A stretch of 64,000 bases of DNA from Flavobacteriales bacterium 33_180_T64 (GTDB taxonomy: Bacteria > Bacteroidota > Bacteroidia > Flavobacteriales > Flavobacteriaceae): contig MAAQ01000023.1 of NCBI GenBank assembly GCA_002162685.1, positions 4,259 through 68,258 of the forward strand, written 5' to 3'. Shown here piece after piece: positions 58,671-64,000 of the stretch. The notes under the pieces are model-generated. The model saw only the letters and a list, made by a program, of their open reading frames with translations, was not told the origin of the DNA and ran no database searches. The translations under genes were made by a program, and so were the position numbers. Each line of letters begins with the position of its first letter. Within the stretch, counting starts at the first letter, position 1.

Positions 58671-59884
58671 TATAGATTGTTTTTAATACGTTTTTGTAAC
58701 CACAAGGATAATACTACTGCTAATGCACCATAAGTACAAGTGACTAACCAATTGATTTGGTAACCATAATTGTCTACAATGCTTAATCCAATTTTAGAGC
58801 TGAAAATATGGGATAATGAAAATGCAATGGCAAATAAAGCCATGTAACTGCCTTCTACTCCTTCTTTTGCTCTGTTAAGCGCAAATTTATTTGTATACGG
58901 AAACCCTAACATTTCACCAATAGTCATCATGATCATATGTATAATAAGAATACCTATCCAAAAATTCTGAAATATCACAAAGAAACTCAATCCCATAAGT
59001 AAACAAGCTATAAGAATATGTTTTGTCACAGGAATATGTTTTTTTTCTAAGTAATTTATAAAGGGCATTTCAAAAACAACAATAATGGCTATGTTTATGA
59101 CCCAGAATAATCCAATTTCAAATTCATTTAGGTTGAAAATTTCTTCATAATACAAAGGCATAGTTACAACGAGTTGAAAAAAGGCCATACCCATAAAGAA
59201 ACAAATGCCTATAAAAACCCAATACGTAAAATCTTTATAAACGATATTATTGTCTTTTTTTAGGTCTAGGTTTTCTTTGGTTTCAATAGGCTTCTTTCTA
59301 GGCTCTTTTACTAAATAGTAAAACAAAGCAATAGCCAAAATACATGTGATGCCATCTATCCAGAATAGTAGACTGTAACCTCTCGTTACAATAATTAAAC
59401 CAGCAACTGTTGGTCCAATTCCCATACCTGCATTTATTGCTAGTCGTATTAATGCTAACGAACGTGTGCGATTTTCTGGTTTACTGTATGCTTTGAGTGA
59501 TACATAAATTGCAGGGCGAAAAGTATCTGCTACAATCATAACGAATAATATGCCAAAACATAGTCCCCAAAATGAGGTGATGTATTGTAACCCGATAAAG
59601 CTAAGTCCAGTAATAAAAAGACTGATAATCATTACTTTATAAAATCCTATTTTATCGGTTAGCTTACCGCCTAGCCATCCACCTATAGCGGAACCAAGTC
59701 CGAAGAATACAAAAATCCATCCTGCATCGCCTTTACTAAAATCGAGATTTTTTGTAAAGTATAGTGACAAAAACGGAATCACCATAGTCCCAGCTCTATT
59801 AATAAGTGAGATTAATGCTAGATACCAGATTTCTTTAGATAAACCTTGGAAAGATTCGATATAGTTTTTAAATAGTATTTTCAT
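58670..59884 (-). CDS. MFS transporter
   Basis: About 12 TM helices, motif A GGKLTDKIG, NAGMGIGP. Confidence 0.92.
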   Translation of the reverse strand: MKILFKNYIESFQGLSKEIWYLALISLINRAGTMVIPFLSLYFTKNLDFSKGDAGWIFVFFGLGSAIGGWLGGKLTDKIGFYKVMIISLFITGLSFIGLQYITSFWGLCFGILFVMIVADTFRPAIYVSLKAYSKPENRTRSLALIRLAINAGMGIGPTVAGLIIVTRGYSLLFWIDGITCILAIALFYYLVKEPRKKPIETKENLDLKKDNNIVYKDFTYWVFIGICFFMGMAFFQLVVTMPLYYEEIFNLNEFEIGLFWVINIAIIVVFEMPFINYLEKKHIPVTKHILIACLLMGLSFFVIFQNFWIGILIIHMIMMTIGEMLGFPYTNKFALNRAKEGVEGSYMALFAIAFSLSHIFSSKIGLSIVDNYGYQINWLVTCTYGALAVVLSLWLQKRIKNNL

Positions 59885-59904
59885 TTTGATTATTGTATAA
59901 ATGT

Positions 59905-59934
59905 AAAAAGTCCGACGATATCGTCGGACTTTTT
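59905..59934 (-). terminator. Attenuator terminator upstream of the MFS operon
   Basis: Perfect 30-bp palindrome AAAAAGTCCGACGATATCGTCGGACTTTTT, 20 nt before the MFS start. Confidence 0.8.
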
Positions 59935-59962
59935 ATGATTGATTAGTTATATAATTATATTA

Positions 59963-60040
59963 TCATAGCATATAGTAGGTCCGACTCTTATAAAAAGAGG
60001 TCTTCTGTTTTTGTGTATATGTAATGACGCAGTTTTGCAT
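59963..60040 (-). CDS. Leader peptide of attenuator (25 aa)
   Basis: MQNCVITYTQKQKTSFYKSRTYYML*. It contains GTCGGAC, complementary to the terminator 5' arm. The promoter box TAGCTTTG lies at 60062-60069 (minus strand). Confidence 0.7.
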   Translation of the reverse strand: MQNCVITYTQKQKTSFYKSRTYYML

Positions 60041-60099
60041 TTTTCTTATTTTAATATCTGGCAAAGCTATAAAAAAAATGTTTAAGTTGTATTTTTGAA

Positions 60100-60720
60100 A
60101 TGAAAATTATAATTATGAGATCTTATTTACTACTTGCTTTACTATTTGTGTCTACACTAAGTTGTGCACAAGACAAAACGCCAATTGCTGGAGATACCGA
60201 ATTTCAGAAAGAAATTAATGCTGAATATAAAGACGTGACAACATCACCTTTAAAGGACAAGGATAGAAAGAATTTTAAAGGTTTGGATTTTTTTAAATTC
60301 GATTCTACTTTTGTTGTTAAGGCTACTTTTAAAAGAACACCTGAAGCGGAAGTATTTAAAATGAAAACAACAACTAGCCGATTACCAGAATACGTAAAGT
60401 ATGGTGTGGTTACTTTTAACCTTAAGGGAAAAACACATCAGCTTAATATTTATCAAAATCAAGGATTAATCAAGAAAGAAGAGTACAAGGATTACCTATT
60501 CCTTCCATTTTTAGATAATACCAATGGTGAAGGAAGTTATGGTGGCGGACGTTATATTGATATGCGTATTCCTGAAGGCGATACGATAGACATAGATTTT
60601 AATAAAGCGTACAATCCGTATTGTGCTTATAATGAAAACTATTCGTGTCCAATTGTTCCTAGAGAGAACTATGTAGATCTAGAAGTTAAAGCAGGCGTTA
60701 AAGCATTTGGGAAACATTAA
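60100..60720 (+). CDS. DUF1684 domain protein
   Basis: LFLPFLDNTNG, YGGGRYID, DFNKAYNPYCAYN, CP. Confidence 0.9.
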   Translation: MKIIIMRSYLLLALLFVSTLSCAQDKTPIAGDTEFQKEINAEYKDVTTSPLKDKDRKNFKGLDFFKFDSTFVVKATFKRTPEAEVFKMKTTTSRLPEYVKYGVVTFNLKGKTHQLNIYQNQGLIKKEEYKDYLFLPFLDNTNGEGSYGGGRYIDMRIPEGDTIDIDFNKAYNPYCAYNENYSCPIVPRENYVDLEVKAGVKAFGKH

Positions 60721-61091
60721 ATTAATTTTGTAGATACGATATAACCTAGCCATACGCAAAAGAGGCCTAATATAATACTAGACAATAAATAGCTTAAAAA
60801 AAGATTGGTTTGACCAGCTTTTAAAAATGAAATACTTTCATGTGTAAAAGCGGAGAAGGTTGTAAAACCACCACAGAAACCAGCCACCAAAAACACAAAA
60901 AGCTCATTGGATACTTTATGCTTTACCAGAATATAACCAAAAACAGTACCTATAATAAAACTACCAATTAGGTTGACTGTAAAAGTTCCCCAAGGAAAAT
61001 GATAACTATCAGTAGTAAATTGTTTTCCAATTAAAAATCGTAATGTGCTACCAAAACCTCCACCTATAAAGACTAAAACTAACTGCTTCAT
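60717..61091 (-). CDS. crcB: Fluoride efflux channel CrcB/Fluc
   Basis: GGGFGSTLR, PWGTFTVN, GFCGGFTTFSAF. Confidence 0.95.
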   Translation of the reverse strand: MKQLVLVFIGGGFGSTLRFLIGKQFTTDSYHFPWGTFTVNLIGSFIIGTVFGYILVKHKVSNELFVFLVAGFCGGFTTFSAFTHESISFLKAGQTNLFLSYLLSSIILGLFCVWLGYIVSTKLI

Positions 61092-62111
61092 TTACTCAAC
61101 AGCTAAATAAATCTCTGTAATCCAATTTGCAGGATTTGACGTAGATATTGGATCAGTTAAATAAGACTCTAGTGCAGGACCAGTTTCTGGCTGAACTAAA
61201 TTGTTTTCTTTGATGTAAATCATTGTTTTATCCCATGCTTCTTGAAGGTTCTCGTAATTTCCTTTTAAGACTGTTTTAACGGCTTTAAATGGTTCTAATT
61301 GACCAGTAAGAACGTCAGTTTCAGCAGTTGTTATTTTTGAAGTTGTGGGAATACAACAAGAAAACATAACAGTATTATTTTCAAGATCCCATTTGTGATA
61401 AATAACAAATGGCGTTCCAGCCATTGAAACATTATTAGATATCGCATATCCTCCAATTTTTGGCATCATTTCTTGCATTTTTTGTTTGAAATCATCCATT
61501 TTACAAGAGGTTGTATTGTATAAATAAAAGCCACCACTATGGTGTGTCACGCCTTCCACATTGATACTATATTTTTTCATGTCAGCCGCTAAAATACTAT
61601 CAAGTTTTTCTAAGCTTCTTTCATAATTTGGACCTATTTGTTTTTCCATTCCGCCCATAAAAAAAGAGAAAGCTTTAAATCCAAAAGGAAGATCTTTTCC
61701 AGAAATAGACCAAGTCACTTCTGTAGTACCATCATTGATTGGTTTAAGATCCCATCTTACATCAGACTTTGGAAAATCAGCAAATTGCATTTCTTGAATA
61801 ATTATAGCATTAGATTTGGTGTCTGTAGTTTTCATAATCCCAACACCATCTTTATCTTCCCAAGAATAAGAACCATCAATACCTCTAGTGTGTTCAGGAA
61901 GTGTTATTTTTAAGTCAGGATCAGCTTCTACCCATGATGACCAAGCTTCCCAGTTTTTAAAATCAATAACATTTTGGTATACAACACTTGCAGGTGCTTG
62001 TATTGTTTTTGTTCGTTTTACTTCAAACGAATTGGGCTGAACCGCAATATATATTGCGATACCTATAAAAAAGATTAAAAGTAAAAATAGAATATATTTA
62101 AATGCTTTCAT
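61092..62111 (-). CDS. SRPBCC + GyrI-like effector-binding fusion protein
   Basis: N-terminal TM anchor, WEAWSSW, TEVTWS, C-terminal GNYENLQEAW and ESYLTDP. ATG 62111 is preferred. Confidence 0.8.
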   Translation of the reverse strand: MKAFKYILFLLLIFFIGIAIYIAVQPNSFEVKRTKTIQAPASVVYQNVIDFKNWEAWSSWVEADPDLKITLPEHTRGIDGSYSWEDKDGVGIMKTTDTKSNAIIIQEMQFADFPKSDVRWDLKPINDGTTEVTWSISGKDLPFGFKAFSFFMGGMEKQIGPNYERSLEKLDSILAADMKKYSINVEGVTHHSGGFYLYNTTSCKMDDFKQKMQEMMPKIGGYAISNNVSMAGTPFVIYHKWDLENNTVMFSCCIPTTSKITTAETDVLTGQLEPFKAVKTVLKGNYENLQEAWDKTMIYIKENNLVQPETGPALESYLTDPISTSNPANWITEIYLAVE

Positions 62112-62213
62112 TTTAATTGTTGCTATTAAATTAATTAGGTACTCAAAGATAATCAATTTCAGCAGATGTTTATAAATGGTTACATTTGTGAGACAATAAT
62201 TAAATAATTAACA

Positions 62214-64000
62214 ATGAAATTGAAATTTATATTGGTTTTATCTATTATTACAGGGATTATGTTTTCTTGTGGAGAAGATAAAAAAGAAGAAAAAGTAGAC
62301 ACTACTAAGGTGGAAAAAAAGGCAGCGTTTGATTATAACGTCGAACAGTTTGCGGACATTAAAGTGTTGCGTTACCAAATTTCTGGATGGGAAGATTTAA
62401 CCTTAAAAGAACAAAAGCTAGCTTACTATTTAACGCAAGCAGGTTTATCTGGTCGTGATATTATGTGGGATCAAAACTACAGACATAATTTGAAAATTAG
62501 AAAAGCTTTAGAACGTATATATGCTAATTATAAAGGCGATAAAGAATCAAATGATTGGAAAGCCTATGAAACTTACATGAAGCGTGTTTGGTTTTCTAAT
62601 GGGATACACCATCATTATTCAAATGCTAAGTTAGCACCTGAGTTTTCTTCAGACTATTTAAATAGCTTATTATCAGATACAAATACAACCTTAGAAGGCG
62701 AAGCCTTTGATGTGATTTTTAATGATAAAGATTCTAAAAAAGTAAATCAAGCTAAAGGCGTTGATAATGTGTTATTATCTGCTGTTAATTTTTATGGACC
62801 AGATGTAACTAATGCAGATGTTGAGAATTTCTATAAAAAGAAAAGTTCACCAAATCCAGACAAACCTTTGTCTTATGGATTAAATTCTCAATTGGTAAAA
62901 GAGGATGGTGTTTTAAAAGAACGTGTTTATAAATCTGGAGGTTTATATGGCGATGCTATTGATGAGATCGTTAAATGGTTAGAATTAGCTCAAGATGTAG
63001 CCGAAAATAAAGCTCAAGGCGATGCTCTTGGTTTATTAATACAGTATTATAATACTGGTGATTTACAAACTTGGGATGATTATAATGTAGCTTGGACTGC
63101 AGCTACAGAAGGAAATATTGATTATATAAACAGTTTTATAGAAGTTTATAATGATCCATTAGGTTATAGAGGTTCTTATGAAACCGTTGTTCAGGTTAAG
63201 GATTTTGATATGTCTGAGAAAATGGCAGTTTTATCTGAAAACGCACAATGGTTTGAAGATAATTCACCGCTATTAGATGCGCATAAAAAAGATAGTGTTG
63301 TAGGCGTTACTTACAAAGTTGTAAATGTAGCAGGAGAAGCAGGAGATGCGTCACCAAGTACACCAATTGGAGTTAACTTACCAAATGCTAACTGGATTAG
63401 AGCATCTGTAGGAAGTAAATCAGTGTCTTTAGGAAATATTATTCATGCTTATAACAATGCAGGAAGTACAGGACGTTTAAAAGAATTTGTTCATGATGAT
63501 GAAGAATATGAATTAGAAGAAAAATATGGACAATTAGCAGATAAATTACATACAGCACTTCATGAAGTAATTGGACATGCATCAGGACAATTAAATCCAG
63601 GTGTTGGTGAAACAAAAGAAACACTTAAAAATTATGCATCTACTTTAGAAGAAGGTCGTGCCGATTTAGTTGGATTGTATTATTTATATGATTCTAAATT
63701 GCAAGAACTAGGATTGGTAGAAGATTGGAAGTCTGTTGGAAAAGCGGCTTATGATGGTTATATCCGAAATGGATTAATGACACAATTAATAAGATTAGAT
63801 CTTGGAGATGATGTTGAAGAAGCTCACATGAGAAACAGACAATGGGTTTCTGCATGGGTTTTTGAACAAGGTGAAAAAGAGAATGTGATTGAGAAAGTTA
63901 CTAAAGACGGGAAGACGTATTTCAACATTAATGATTATGATAAACTTCATGAGTTATTTGGTCAGTTATTAAGAGAAACACAACGTATTAAATCTGAAGG
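62214..64000 (+). CDS. Dipeptidyl-peptidase III (M49), lipoprotein, 3' truncated by window edge
   Basis: Not in the ORF track. MKLKF...VFSC lipobox, QFADIKVLRY, GINLPN-like GVNLPN, HEVIGH (HExxGH), EEGRAD. Promoter TACATTTG at 62181-62188. Confidence 0.9.
   Translation, partial: MKLKFILVLSIITGIMFSCGEDKKEEKVDTTKVEKKAAFDYNVEQFADIKVLRYQISGWEDLTLKEQKLAYYLTQAGLSGRDIMWDQNYRHNLKIRKALERIYANYKGDKESNDWKAYETYMKRVWFSNGIHHHYSNAKLAPEFSSDYLNSLLSDTNTTLEGEAFDVIFNDKDSKKVNQAKGVDNVLLSAVNFYGPDVTNADVENFYKKKSSPNPDKPLSYGLNSQLVKEDGVLKERVYKSGGLYGDAIDEIVKWLELAQDVAENKAQGDALGLLIQYYNTGDLQTWDDYNVAWTAATEGNIDYINSFIEVYNDPLGYRGSYETVVQVKDFDMSEKMAVLSENAQWFEDNSPLLDAHKKDSVVGVTYKVVNVAGEAGDASPSTPIGVNLPNANWIRASVGSKSVSLGNIIHAYNNAGSTGRLKEFVHDDEEYELEEKYGQLADKLHTALHEVIGHASGQLNPGVGETKETLKNYASTLEEGRADLVGLYYLYDSKLQELGLVEDWKSVGKAAYDGYIRNGLMTQLIRLDLGDDVEEAHMRNRQWVSAWVFEQGEKENVIEKVTKDGKTYFNINDYDKLHELFGQLLRETQRIKSE

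Noticed and set aside
61080-61100. Fluoride riboswitch for crcB
   Set aside because: The crcB start directly abuts the upstream stop (TAA-ATG), leaving no leader.
1119-63624. About 35 ORF-track entries lying antisense to or in alternative frames of real genes (e.g. 1119-1367, 2092-2514, 8321-8761, 23417-23785, 33881-34213, 52234-52539, 63439-63624)
   Set aside because: They are fully overlapped by well-supported genes and have no recognisable motifs. They are best explained as shadow ORFs.

Overview
AT-rich Bacteroidota chromosome segment, most likely Flavobacteriaceae. This is judged from TAnnTTTG promoters, T9SS C-terminal domains and gene content. It is mostly housekeeping genes (proS end, tRNA-Glu, rpsT, rho, truA, cdaA, folP, tpiA, prmA, clpS, tRNA-Arg, GSII and GSIII, purM, prfA, pyrF, icmF, crcB, DPP III start). 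Interspersed accessory modules are an OMP/LamG-T9SS/two-component cassette, a TetR-MMPL-LolA-like-OMP module, a sulfur-handling cluster, a VIT protein, a T9SS nuclease, BlaI/BlaR1 and a subclass B1 metallo-beta-lactamase. I found no IS, prophage, integrase or CRISPR array. The most interesting signals are below the ORF-track cutoff. (1) A 33-aa, 11-Cys metallothionein-like gene (55795-55896) has an ECF-type promoter and lies directly upstream of a SigZ-like sigma factor with a Cys-rich tail, suggesting a metal-responsive module. (2) A 25-aa leader peptide with terminator and antiterminator precedes an MFS operon. (3) A ~205-bp tandem duplication with compensatory hairpin changes looks like two sRNA genes behind a two-component system. 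(4) REP-like palindromes appear inserted in frame inside icmF. (5) A dyad-symmetric control region lies between the divergent GSII and GSIII genes. All family assignments come from motif reading and recall, not database searches.
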